This document shows, piece by piece, positions 25,407-34,831 of a stretch of 64,000 bases of DNA. The notes below the pieces were generated by a model. The model saw nothing but the letters and a program-made list of their open reading frames with translations. It searched no databases and was not told where the DNA came from. Each line of letters starts with the position of its first letter. Positions within the stretch are counted from its first letter, which is position 1. Both the position numbers and the translations under genes were made by a program. Source of the DNA: Chloroflexi bacterium UBA5189 (lineage in GTDB: Bacteria; Chloroflexota; Limnocylindria; Limnocylindrales; CSP1-4); assembly GCA_002413045.1 (NCBI GenBank), contig DHWF01000051.1, positions 90,964 through 154,963 on the forward strand, read 5' to 3'.

Positions 25407-28400
25407 CTACTGGCTTGAACGCACCGTGAACGCGTACGGACCGGTCTCGGTGCCCGACGAGGCGATCCGGATGGTGTAGATGCCTGCGGCCTGGAGCACG
25501 TGCCGCCCGAGGTCGTTGCAGGATCCCGAGATGTCGATGGGCGAACCGTCGGGCCCGAGCAGGCTCCACACCAGCCGACTCGTGGCGCACGTGGCCTGGG
25601 CCTCGAGGTAGACGACCTCGCCGGCGGTTGCCGGGAACGTGTAGTCGGCATGCTGGGACGTCGAAGTGAGCGCGCCGGTCACCGCCCGGCCGATCGTGAT
25701 CGGACCGGCCGCGGTGGCAGGAGTTCCCGAGACCGTGCTTGGCACACCGCCAGCAACGATGCCAGCCTCGGACTCCGCGAAGGAGGCATCGCCGGTCACG
25801 CCCACGTCGAGGATGCAGTCATCCAGCCAGGGTTCCGAATTGACGCCCAGGGCACGGCAGACCGCCTCGGCACTTGCCCGCGCTGCAGGATCGAGTGAGG
25901 CAATCGTCGCGGTCGACGATGGGAAGTCGAGGTGGGTGAAGGTCGCCGTGCTCTCGCCCGCCTGGTAGTCGAACAGCGATTCGGCCTGGGAGATGCGCCA
26001 GCTGTTGCCAAACGGGTCATACAGCTTGGTCTTGAACGCGGGGTCGGTTGGGCGCAGGACGACGCCATCCCGGGTTGTGAGGTCATTGGCCGGGTTGCCG
26101 TCCTCGCTGCCGAGCAGGCCGAGCAACGTGGGACCAACCGCCGGACTCGGCACGAAGCCGAAGTTGAGGGTGGTTCCGAGGCGAGTCACGGTCAGGCGGC
26201 TCCCATCCGGCCAGCCGACGACGACTTCGCCGCCGTGGCGCTGGAGCACGCCGCCGTGGGGCAGCCGTTCCTCGATGTCCGAGGCCTTGATCGCAACGCC
26301 GTTGACCATCAGGGACGCCGGCTCGCGCGAATAGACGCCGACCCGATCCCCATCGACGTTGGCCGCGACCGCCGTGTTGTAGCTCACCGACGATTGCGGG
26401 GTCCACCCCTCTTGGCGGGCCTGAACCTCCACCTTGCCGTCTGGCGACGTCAGGGTGATGAACTCACCAGCACCCTGGAAGTCCAAATGAACTCCGTCGC
26501 CGGTGCGGAAATGGGTGTCGCCGATCGAACAAAAAGTGCACGTTTCGCCATGTGGGCCGGCACACAGGACACCGGTGCAGCTGAATCCCGACGGGCCGTT
26601 CGAGCATGTGCCGAACACGCAGAATGTACGGAGCTGCCCGGCGATGGATGGGAGCCCACAGACGCCGAAGTAACTAGTGCATGTTGCTGTTGATCCCGAC
26701 GAATTGGCGGGCGGGGTCGCGGGCGGGGTCGTGGGCGGGGTATCAGGGCTCCAGCCCGGATCGCACGAACCGTCGGCGTTTGCGGGGACGCCCTCGTGGA
26801 CCGTCAAACCCCCGGCACTAACGTCTCGGGTGCACTCGACGAGTCCGGTGGGATCGACATGGTTGACGGGGTCCGATCCTGCGTATTGATAGAGGTTCGG
26901 GTCGCCACCGGCGAAGTGGATCGGGTCGGGACCGGTCCACGTGCGGGTCGTGGGTTCATAGTCGCGGGCACCGAAATGCACCAGACCCGTGTCTGGGTCA
27001 GCGAGCCCGCCCGCGAAGCCGAACGGAATCGTGCCTGGAGCCGTCTCGCTCGTGATCCGGCCCCAGACGTCATAGGTGATCGCGTCGACGATCGCGCCGG
27101 TGGCGGTGTCGATAACGAATCGTGGGCTCCCGACCGCATCGGTGACGACACGGTAGGACTCGCCGCCGCGCTCGACGAGGGCGAGGCGTCCCAGGTCGTC
27201 GTAGCCGAACTGCATGACGATCGCGCCGGTCCCATCGGTCTCGGCGACGACCCTGCCGGCCGGGTCGTACAGGTACCCGGCCACGAGCTTGCCGCCGACC
27301 TGCCGGCCGATCCGCCGACCGTCGGCGTCGACGAGATACGTGATCGACCGGCCGTCGGCGAGCGTGACTCCACGCAGGCTGCCGAAATCGTCGAACGTGA
27401 ACGCGGTGGTACCGCTGCTGTCGCTGCGCTTCGTCAGCTGGCCGTCGTCGGCCCAGGTGAAGGTTGCCGAGCCGTCGGTGACGAGCCGGTCGCGGTCGTC
27501 GTAGGTTGCCGTCGTCGTGCCGGCGGGCCGCTTGACCGCCGTTCGGTTGCCCGCCGCATCGTAGGTATCCGTCTCGGTGGTGGCTCCGTTCACCTTGACC
27601 GATGCGAGGCGGTCCGCGCCGTCGTAGGCGTAGGCCGTTGTCGTGGTGCCGCTGGGGGCCGTCTCCGCCACCGTCACGACCCGGCCGATGTCGTCGCGGG
27701 TATAGCGGACGTCATCCACGACCTTGCCCGAGACGGTCGTCGTGGAGCGGATCAGCCGGTCAGTCGCGTCGTACTGCTGATCGGTCTGGACGCTTCCAGC
27801 GATCGTGCGGGTAACCAGCCCCGACGTGGGATCGCGTGTCAGGGCCAGCCCGGCCACGCCGGTCAACAGACCGGCCGGATCGTAGGTCAGCGCGATGCCG
27901 GCCGATCCGCCGGCCGCCTCGCTTACGGCACGCCCGTTTGCATCGAGGGTGACGGTCACGGACCCCGTGAGCGGACCTGACCAGCCCAGCTTATCGACGA
28001 CGGCGCCCGCATAACCGTAGGTCGTGGTCACCCCGCCCGGATCGATGGCCTGCGCTCGGAGATGCGTGGTTGGGTCATAGACCGCTGAACCCGTGCCCAC
28101 ATCGAAGGTCCAGCCGACCAGCCGCCCGGCCGTGTCGTAGGCGAGCTGAATTGCCCGCTTGCCGAGACCCGCCACGCTGATCGGCCGTCCGTCGCCGTCA
28201 TAGGTGGTCAGCTCGGCGGAGGTATCCGTCCCGACTGCCGGCGGAAGGAAGGCGGTCGGGCGGCCGGCCGGGCTGGTGCCGACCGCGAACTGCAATCCGC
28301 CGGGTGGTTGGACCTGCGCGAGGCGACCGTCTGCGTCATAGCCGGTGACCAACGTCGATCCATCCGGTGCCGTCGTCGTGGTCGCCCGGCCGTCCGCGTC

Positions 28401-29948
28401 GACGGCGACGAGAACCACGCGACCATCGGGACGGGTGACCGATTCCTGGCCGTTCGACGTGTCGTAGCTGAAGCGCGTGGTCTGGCTGCCCGCACCCGAC
28501 CCGACCGTCTGGCTGGACTCGCGGCCCTGGGCGTCGTAGGTGCGGGAGACCGTCGGACTGCTTGGTCCGGAGGAGGAGACGAGCCGCCCGTCTGCGTCGT
28601 AGCCGTCGACCAGCTTGCGGCCGGCGGGATCAACGAGCGTGGAGGTTCGGGCGCTCGGATCGAACGTCTGCACCCATGCCTGCCCGTTGACCGTGCTGGT
28701 GATTGAGCCGGCCAGCGCGTACGGCAGGCCGCCGGTCGACTTCAGGGCTTGCGCGACGTCGGTTTTGGACACGACCCCGTCGGGGCGGGTCGCCACCTGG
28801 GGCGTCAGCACGGGCGCGGACATGCCCCAGGTGTCGCTGGCCACCGTACCGAGGGCGAGTGACGACCCGTCGGCAAAGGTGATCGAGCGGGCGCCATCGG
28901 CACTTGTCGTCTCCGACGTGGTCGCCCCATCTGGCCCGACGAACGTGCGCTGGATTCCGCCGCTCTCCGCCGCGGTCCGGAATGTCGAAACGCGTCCGAG
29001 CGTGGTCGTCTCACGGATCTCGACCGTCGTTTCCGACGCGCTCCTCGCCGTCAGCTGGGCGACCCCGTCTGCATCCGTCGAGCTGGCCAGCCTACCGGCC
29101 TGGTCATAGCCGAACCGCGTCACGCCGCCGACCGGGTCGGTTTCGGACGTCACCAGGCCGCCGGGAGCCCAGCTGATCGACGTCGTGCCACCACTCGGGC
29201 TGCGCACGCCGACGAGCTGCCCGCCGGCATCCAGCTCCAACGTCGTGGCGGCGCCGTCGATGCCGACGAGCGCGGTTGGTGCCCCATCGGCGGATCGCTG
29301 GACAGCGAGGTGGGCCGGTTGCGCACCTACCGACCCATCGACGGCGCTCAGGCGCCCGGCCGCGTCGTAGGCCAGGGTCAGAAGGGTCGTTCCGAGGCGT
29401 CCGTCGACGGTCCGAATGTGGTGACCGGCCACATCGAAGATATACGCCGTTGACGCGTCGAAGCTGGGAACGGCCTGGCCCCCGGCCGCGAGCGATACGC
29501 CCGCGGCGAATCGCCACGACCCATCTCCGGCGATGAGGATTCCATCAGCCGCGTCGTAGCGCTGGAGCACGTTGATCGACCAGCCGCCGAGGCCAAGGCC
29601 GTCCGCGTCCCAGTTTGGTCGGTCCTGCCGCCCGACGGCCCACTGGCTCGAGTAGGTCAGGGCCAGATTCGTGTCGACGATCGGGATCGACAGCGTCGCT
29701 GCCTGCTGGTCGCACGGCACGTATCCAGCCGGGTCGCACTCCTCGAGACTCGTCGGCGCCACCGGGCTCGGGCCTTCGGTGGGAGAGGCGGGTGAGGCTG
29801 CAGTGGGCGGAGGAGGCGTCGTCGTGCACGACGCGAGCAGCAGAACCGCGCACGCAGTGGTGCCCAGCCTCCCGAGGACGAGCCTGGTGTGACGCAATCG
29901 GGTGGCCCGCGGACCGCCGATCACGTGCACGGCCTCATGCCGCGACAC
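25407..29948 (-). CDS. RHS/YD-repeat lipoprotein with RHS core, then a Cys-rich linker, a VWD domain and a PPC-like C-terminal domain
   Basis: Lipobox LLASC. Dozens of YD repeats (YDxxGRL). RHS core end YQYAGSDPVNHVDPTGL. Then GDTHFRTGDGVHLDFQGAGEFITL (VWD-like) and a terminal beta-rich segment ...IYTIRIASSGTETGPYAFTV. Confidence 0.9.
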   Translation of the reverse strand: MSRHEAVHVIGGPRATRLRHTRLVLGRLGTTACAVLLLASCTTTPPPPTAASPASPTEGPSPVAPTSLEECDPAGYVPCDQQAATLSIPIVDTNLALTYSSQWAVGRQDRPNWDADGLGLGGWSINVLQRYDAADGILIAGDGSWRFAAGVSLAAGGQAVPSFDASTAYIFDVAGHHIRTVDGRLGTTLLTLAYDAAGRLSAVDGSVGAQPAHLAVQRSADGAPTALVGIDGAATTLELDAGGQLVGVRSPSGGTTSISWAPGGLVTSETDPVGGVTRFGYDQAGRLASSTDADGVAQLTARSASETTVEIRETTTLGRVSTFRTAAESGGIQRTFVGPDGATTSETTSADGARSITFADGSSLALGTVASDTWGMSAPVLTPQVATRPDGVVSKTDVAQALKSTGGLPYALAGSITSTVNGQAWVQTFDPSARTSTLVDPAGRKLVDGYDADGRLVSSSGPSSPTVSRTYDAQGRESSQTVGSGAGSQTTRFSYDTSNGQESVTRPDGRVVLVAVDADGRATTTTAPDGSTLVTGYDADGRLAQVQPPGGLQFAVGTSPAGRPTAFLPPAVGTDTSAELTTYDGDGRPISVAGLGKRAIQLAYDTAGRLVGWTFDVGTGSAVYDPTTHLRAQAIDPGGVTTTYGYAGAVVDKLGWSGPLTGSVTVTLDANGRAVSEAAGGSAGIALTYDPAGLLTGVAGLALTRDPTSGLVTRTIAGSVQTDQQYDATDRLIRSTTTVSGKVVDDVRYTRDDIGRVVTVAETAPSGTTTTAYAYDGADRLASVKVNGATTETDTYDAAGNRTAVKRPAGTTTATYDDRDRLVTDGSATFTWADDGQLTKRSDSSGTTAFTFDDFGSLRGVTLADGRSITYLVDADGRRIGRQVGGKLVAGYLYDPAGRVVAETDGTGAIVMQFGYDDLGRLALVERGGESYRVVTDAVGSPRFVIDTATGAIVDAITYDVWGRITSETAPGTIPFGFAGGLADPDTGLVHFGARDYEPTTRTWTGPDPIHFAGGDPNLYQYAGSDPVNHVDPTGLVECTRDVSAGGLTVHEGVPANADGSCDPGWSPDTPPTTPPATPPANSSGSTATCTSYFGVCGLPSIAGQLRTFCVFGTCSNGPSGFSCTGVLCAGPHGETCTFCSIGDTHFRTGDGVHLDFQGAGEFITLTSPDGKVEVQARQEGWTPQSSVSYNTAVAANVDGDRVGVYSREPASLMVNGVAIKASDIEERLPHGGVLQRHGGEVVVGWPDGSRLTVTRLGTTLNFGFVPSPAVGPTLLGLLGSEDGNPANDLTTRDGVVLRPTDPAFKTKLYDPFGNSWRISQAESLFDYQAGESTATFTHLDFPSSTATIASLDPAARASAEAVCRALGVNSEPWLDDCILDVGVTGDASFAESEAGIVAGGVPSTVSGTPATAAGPITIGRAVTGALTSTSQHADYTFPATAGEVVYLEAQATCATSRLVWSLLGPDGSPIDISGSCNDLGRHVLQAAGIYTIRIASSGTETGPYAFTVRSSQ

Positions 29949-29966
29949 GCGTTGTCCTGACTGGAG

Positions 29967-30956
29967 TCACGGCTGGATCGGTGCGACCGCGAGGTGCAGG
30001 TCGGTGACGGAGGTGCCGTAGATAAAAGCCAGCGTCTGCTGGCCTGCCGTCAGGTCGACGCTCAGCTGGCCCTGTTTGGGCGTGAGCCCAGAACATGTCG
30101 GCAGGGTGCTGTCGCCGTTCGCAACGACCGAGATCTGGTGCGTCCCCGGGGTGGTTGCGAAGACCGCCTCCGACGAGCCGGATCCAGATGCGGCAAAGAC
30201 GTACGGCAGCCCCGGCTCCTGGCTGGCATCGCCGTTCAAGGGCGGATCGCAGGACGCGTCGACGAAGAAGTAGTACCCAACGTTGCCGCCCGTGAGCGAC
30301 AGAAGATTCTCGCCGGACACGACGCTATCGCTCGCCAGTAACTCTGCCTGGCCCGCGGCCGGTGGCGGTGCGACCGGACCCACGCCCCCGTTCGCGTCGT
30401 CGCCCTTCTCGACGAGTGAACTGACACCAAGCTCGCAGATCGGCCCGGTCCCCAAGCAGCCCGACCCGCTCTTGCCCTGGCTCGACAGGATGAGGGTCTC
30501 CTGCAGGTTCGAACCGTCGTCCTGATACCCGCCGACCCCCTTCCCATCAGTGAGGCTGAGGGCAGCGGGATCCTCCCCCGTCGGGAGCACGTACATCCGG
30601 ACGATCCCGCCTGTCTCATGTGGGTGCACGTAGGCCGAGAACGAGCCGTAGGCGACCCCCGTCAGGATCGGCGTGGCGGCCTGGCCCACGGGCGTGTCAT
30701 AGAGGTCGAGGGCAGGCCCCGGCGCGAGGTTCTGGTCGGCGTAGAAGTTCCCGATCCGCACCGACGTCTGGCCCGCCTGCCCTGGCGAGGACGCGCCCCC
30801 GATTGCCGGCGACCCATCAGATCCGCCAGGACTGCCAGCTCCGGGCGTAGCTCCGCCATCGGCGGCGGTCGTAGGAGCAGTGCCGGAACCACTGCAGGCG
30901 GCCAGCGCCGATGCAAGGGCGACCGCCGCGAGGCCGGTCAAGACGCGACTGCGCAT
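29967..30956 (-). CDS. secreted lipoprotein, function unknown, first gene of the RHS operon
   Basis: MRSRVLTGLAAVALASALAACSGSG (lipobox LAAC). Its stop is 18 nt before the RHS start. Beta-rich mature part. Confidence 0.75.
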   Translation of the reverse strand: MRSRVLTGLAAVALASALAACSGSGTAPTTAADGGATPGAGSPGGSDGSPAIGGASSPGQAGQTSVRIGNFYADQNLAPGPALDLYDTPVGQAATPILTGVAYGSFSAYVHPHETGGIVRMYVLPTGEDPAALSLTDGKGVGGYQDDGSNLQETLILSSQGKSGSGCLGTGPICELGVSSLVEKGDDANGGVGPVAPPPAAGQAELLASDSVVSGENLLSLTGGNVGYYFFVDASCDPPLNGDASQEPGLPYVFAASGSGSSEAVFATTPGTHQISVVANGDSTLPTCSGLTPKQGQLSVDLTAGQQTLAFIYGTSVTDLHLAVAPIQP

Positions 30957-31004
30957 GTGTCTGGACTCCGATCGCTGGATGAGCCGCGGATCACGGCCGG
31001 TCGC

Positions 31005-31082
31005 CAGCGTCGCGGGAGCCGATCGCAGATCGATCGCAAAGACCGGCCGGGTCGATCGCGGCTCGACCGCGGCTCGACCGCG
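31005..31082 (-). promoter_or_regulatory. SARP-box-like array: six 11-bp-phased units including 2 perfect TCGAGCC heptamers (copy B)
   Basis: Minus strand: TCGAGCC gcgg TCGAGCC gcga TCGACCC ggcc GGTCTTT gcga TCGATCT gcga TCGGCTC ccgc GACGCTG. Lies between the SARP gene stop and the lipoprotein start. Confidence 0.55.
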
Positions 31083-31094
31083 ATTCGGGGCCGC

Positions 31095-34000
31095 TTACGC
31101 TCGGGCGCGCCGCAGGGGCGTCGGGGCCTGGGTCGGGCGGGCGAGGTCTCGGGCGATGGCGAGCGCGGCCGTGAGCGCCGCAGCGGTACCGTTCGCCGCC
31201 GTCCCGACCACGGCGGCCTGATCCATTTGCCGCTCCGCAGGGATCGGCAGGCGGGCCTGCAGCGCCTCGACGTCGGCCGCCTCGGTCGGGGCGACCGGCT
31301 GGTGGATGGCCTCGCGGATCGCCCGCGCCTCGTCCAGCAGGCGAGCCGCGCCGTCGGTGTGGGCCAGGACGGCCAATCGCGCCACCGCCTCGAGGCCATC
31401 GGCGAGGACCCACCGATCGGTCACCGGATCCACCGCGAGCAGCGCCTCGCTGAGGTGGGCGGCAGCGCTCGCCGTGTCGCCTGCATCGAGATCCAGGCGA
31501 GCGAGGTTGATGTGCCCGAAGGCGACCGTGGTGCGCGTGCTGCCGAGCTCCCCCGCCTCGATTGCCTGCAAGGCATACCGTCGTGCGGCGCGAGGACGCC
31601 CGAGCCCGCGGGCGACCGCGGCCAGTCGGTAGCTGACGGTCCCCTCGGTGGGGCGATGGCCGAGCTGCTGGAACACCGTCAGCGCTTCCTCGCCTGCCTG
31701 CATGGCGGCAGCCAGGTCTCCGGCCTTCCAATGCGCGAGTGTCAGGCCGGCCAGGGCATGGCCGCGGGCGAGCGGGTCGCCGGATGCGACGGCGATGGCA
31801 AGGGCGCGTTGCAGGAGCGGCTGCGCCTCGTCGCGCGGGCTCTGGTCCGCCAGGAGCGACCCCAGGTGGACCAGCGTCGTACCGATCTCGCGCTCCACCC
31901 CGGCCTCGTCGAGACGAACCAGGGAGGCCTCGAGGAATTCGCGCGCGTCATCCACGTCGTCGGTTGCGGCCGCGATCGCACCGAGGCGCCGTAACGCTCG
32001 GCCTTCGCCCAGCGGGTCGCCGATCGTCGCGAATCGTGCACGCGCCTCCGTCCCCATGTCGCGACCCACCGCGAAGTCCGTAAGCCAGTAGGCGAGATGC
32101 GCGCCGCTGAGGGCGGCCTGGGCATGCAGGGCGCTGGTCGGCGCAGCGGCCGCCTCCAGCCGCCGCAGCCAGTCCAGGCCCTCGGCCGGGTGGCGACCGA
32201 GCCAGTAGTCGGTCATGGCGACGGCCATCTCGAGGGCACGTTCAGCCGGCTCCGCGTCCGGCGAGGCGGCACAGCGGGCCAACACGGCGCGTACGTGTGG
32301 CATCTCGCGGTCCAGGAGCTGCAGCGCAGCCGAGCGATCAGGGCTGGCCAGCCGACCGGCCAGTGCCGCGGCGCGTGCGAGAACAGCGTCCTCATAGTGG
32401 CCGCGCGCGGCGGTTACGAGCACGGCGTCGCCGGTCTCGAGGGTGTGGACGGAGATCGTGCGAAGGAGCTCGTAGCGGGTCGGACCGTCGGCGCTGCGGA
32501 CGTGGACGAGGCTCGCATCCACGAGGCGCGCGATAGCGTCGAAGACATCGAGGTGCGGATCTGCAGGATCGATGACTGCCGCGATGAGGGCCGCGTCGGC
32601 GTCCGCGACCATGGCGGCGAGGGCGACCATCACGCGCCGCTCGAGCGGGCCAAGGCGCGCCACGCTCGCGTCGAGGGCGGCCCACAGGCCGGTCCGGCCG
32701 CGTGTCGGGCCGCCTGCCCATCGGCTCAGGTCCCTCTCGACGCGCTCGGTCAACTCGTCCAGCCGCAGCAGATGGAGGTGGCGAGCGACCAGCTCCAGGC
32801 CGAGCGGCAGCCGGTCCACCAGCCCGCACAGTCGCTCCGCGGTCGCCACCTCGTCGGCCCGCATCTCGAAGTGGGGGTCGACCAGCTTGGCACGGTCGAT
32901 CAGCAGCTCCAGCGCCTCCGATTCCGCCAGCGGCCCGACCGGGATGAGCGACTCGTCGAACACGCCGAGGCGCTCGCGGCTGGTCGCCAGCACGCGGACC
33001 CCGGAGCATTCCGCGACGATGGTGTCGACCTCAGCGGCGACATCCGCCGGCCTCACCTCGCATCCATCCAGGACGAGCAGGCCGGTCGCATCCGCGAGGG
33101 CCTGGATCACGCCCTCGCGTGCATCGGTCGCCAGCGAGGACGGGGCCACGACGTCAAGGACCGCAGCTGCAACCGATCGCTCCGAGGGCAGCTGGTCGAG
33201 GGCGACATACCAGACCTCGATCGATGCGGTGCGGGCGGCCTCGACCGCGAGGCGGGTCTTGCCTGCCCCGGGCGGTCCGATGAGGGTCACGACGCGCGCC
33301 CGCGCCCACACGTCCGCCAGCGCTCGCTGCTCCCGAGCCCGCCCGATCAGCCGAGTTGAGGCGCCGGGCAGCCGCTGGCGGTGCTCGACCGTGGCCCCGC
33401 GCGCGACCGGGGGGTCGAGCGCCGGATCCTGGGCCAGGACGGCCTGCTGCATGCGCCGGAGTCCTGGACCCGGTTCGATACCGAGATCGTCGACGAGCCC
33501 GCGCCGGCATTCGGCGTACACGTCGAGCGCCTCGGCCTGGCGGCCCGCCCGGTACAGCGCGAGCATCAGCAGCTCCCACCGACGCTCGCGGTATGGCTGT
33601 TCGGCCGTCAGGCCGCGCGCCGCCGCCACCAGCCCACCGTCACGGGCGTCGTCGTCGAGCTCGGCGGCAAGGAGGTCCTCGCGCAGGCCCGCGACTAGAT
33701 CCTCGATTCGTGCCGCCTCGACCTGGGCAACGGACACATGTTCGAGGTCGGGAAGCGGCCGGCCGCGCCACAGTGCCAGGGCACCGCGGAGGGCGACCAT
33801 CGCCCGCCGGGGTTCAGGAGCAAGCGCCTCGCGGCCTTCGGCGGCGAGTCGGTCGAGTGCCTGGATGTCCGTGGCCGTATCCAGCCTGTACCCGTCGCCC
33901 GATGCCGGGATCGAGAGGCCCAGCCGGCGCAGCCGTGAGACGTGAGCGGCGATGGTGTGCCGCGCCGTCAGCGGTGGGTTATCGCCCCAGACCGCGGCCT

Positions 34001-34136
34001 CGAGCTCGTCGAACGGCACGCCGCGCCCGGCCTCCAGGCCCAAACGTGCCAGCAGACGTCGCTGCCGCCGTCCCCCCGGCGCGATTGCCGCCGGCCCGTC
34101 CCGGATCTCGAGCGGCCCCAGGAGCCCGACTTCCAC
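31095..34136 (-). CDS. AfsR/SARP family regulator: OmpR-type wHTH + BTAD + NB-ARC ATPase + TPR
   Basis: MEVGLLGPLEI...RRLLARL...HVSRLRRLG (wHTH). BTAD (ALALWRGRPL, YRERRWELLMLALYRAGRQAEALDVY). P-loop GPPGAGKTRLA. Long TPR tail. Confidence 0.88.
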   Translation of the reverse strand: MEVGLLGPLEIRDGPAAIAPGGRRQRRLLARLGLEAGRGVPFDELEAAVWGDNPPLTARHTIAAHVSRLRRLGLSIPASGDGYRLDTATDIQALDRLAAEGREALAPEPRRAMVALRGALALWRGRPLPDLEHVSVAQVEAARIEDLVAGLREDLLAAELDDDARDGGLVAAARGLTAEQPYRERRWELLMLALYRAGRQAEALDVYAECRRGLVDDLGIEPGPGLRRMQQAVLAQDPALDPPVARGATVEHRQRLPGASTRLIGRAREQRALADVWARARVVTLIGPPGAGKTRLAVEAARTASIEVWYVALDQLPSERSVAAAVLDVVAPSSLATDAREGVIQALADATGLLVLDGCEVRPADVAAEVDTIVAECSGVRVLATSRERLGVFDESLIPVGPLAESEALELLIDRAKLVDPHFEMRADEVATAERLCGLVDRLPLGLELVARHLHLLRLDELTERVERDLSRWAGGPTRGRTGLWAALDASVARLGPLERRVMVALAAMVADADAALIAAVIDPADPHLDVFDAIARLVDASLVHVRSADGPTRYELLRTISVHTLETGDAVLVTAARGHYEDAVLARAAALAGRLASPDRSAALQLLDREMPHVRAVLARCAASPDAEPAERALEMAVAMTDYWLGRHPAEGLDWLRRLEAAAAPTSALHAQAALSGAHLAYWLTDFAVGRDMGTEARARFATIGDPLGEGRALRRLGAIAAATDDVDDAREFLEASLVRLDEAGVEREIGTTLVHLGSLLADQSPRDEAQPLLQRALAIAVASGDPLARGHALAGLTLAHWKAGDLAAAMQAGEEALTVFQQLGHRPTEGTVSYRLAAVARGLGRPRAARRYALQAIEAGELGSTRTTVAFGHINLARLDLDAGDTASAAAHLSEALLAVDPVTDRWVLADGLEAVARLAVLAHTDGAARLLDEARAIREAIHQPVAPTEAADVEALQARLPIPAERQMDQAAVVGTAANGTAAALTAALAIARDLARPTQAPTPLRRARA

Positions 34137-34176
34137 AGGTGGACTCTAGCCGGGCTCGCCGGATCGAGGACAAACC

Positions 34177-34674
34177 TTAGCGGCCAGCGCCCCCGTCGAG
34201 CCACGCGCGGACGCTCGGGACGTGCTCGTCATGGAGGTGGCCGGTGAATTCGACGTCCACCAGCGGACCATCGATAAAGGGAATGGCTCTTGAATCCATC
34301 AACTTGGCTTGCGGAATCGTCTCGATGATCGCGACCAGGCGGTCGTACGAGTTGGTGTAGTCGTCGACCAGCTGGGCTGCCGAGCGGTCGGCATGGTGGT
34401 CGTGAATCCAGGCATTCACCGGATCGTCGGATTCATCACCGTCGAGCTCCGCGGGCCACGGATTCGGCGGATCGGATTCGCCGCGGGCGAACGCATCGAG
34501 ACGCCGAAGCGTCCGGTTCCGCCAGCCGAGCAGGTGCCCGGCCATGTCGCCAAAGGTCCACTCCCCCATCGGGCCCGGCTCCGAATATCGATCTGGCCCG
34601 ACCTCGGCCGCGAGGTCCCGCCAGAACTGCTGGTCGGCCCCAATGGCGGCGATCTGCTCGGCCCTGGTTCGCAT
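34177..34674 (-). CDS. DinB/maleylpyruvate-isomerase N-terminal (mycothiol-type) domain protein
   Basis: ATG at 34674 preceded by AAGGAGG. WTFGDMAGHLLGW...HDEHVPSVRAWL. Confidence 0.75.
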   Translation of the reverse strand: MRTRAEQIAAIGADQQFWRDLAAEVGPDRYSEPGPMGEWTFGDMAGHLLGWRNRTLRRLDAFARGESDPPNPWPAELDGDESDDPVNAWIHDHHADRSAAQLVDDYTNSYDRLVAIIETIPQAKLMDSRAIPFIDGPLVDVEFTGHLHDEHVPSVRAWLDGGAGR

Positions 34675-34831
34675 CGCCCCTGCCTCCTTGTCGATGGTTG
34701 AACGATATGACGTTCGTGCCTGTTTACGCTCCTGCAAGGCCGCGCTCGTGGATCGGTGAGACCATGGTTGCCTCCCAGAACGCGCCCCCAGACGGGGGTC
34801 GCGACGCGATTCCCGCAAAGGGGGAACAGCC

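Noticed and set aside
31058-31082. The 11-bp tandem repeat (GCGGCTCGACC x2) as a CRISPR or minisatellite
   Set aside because: It has only two full units, no spacers and no cas genes. It is better explained as part of the SARP-type heptamer array.
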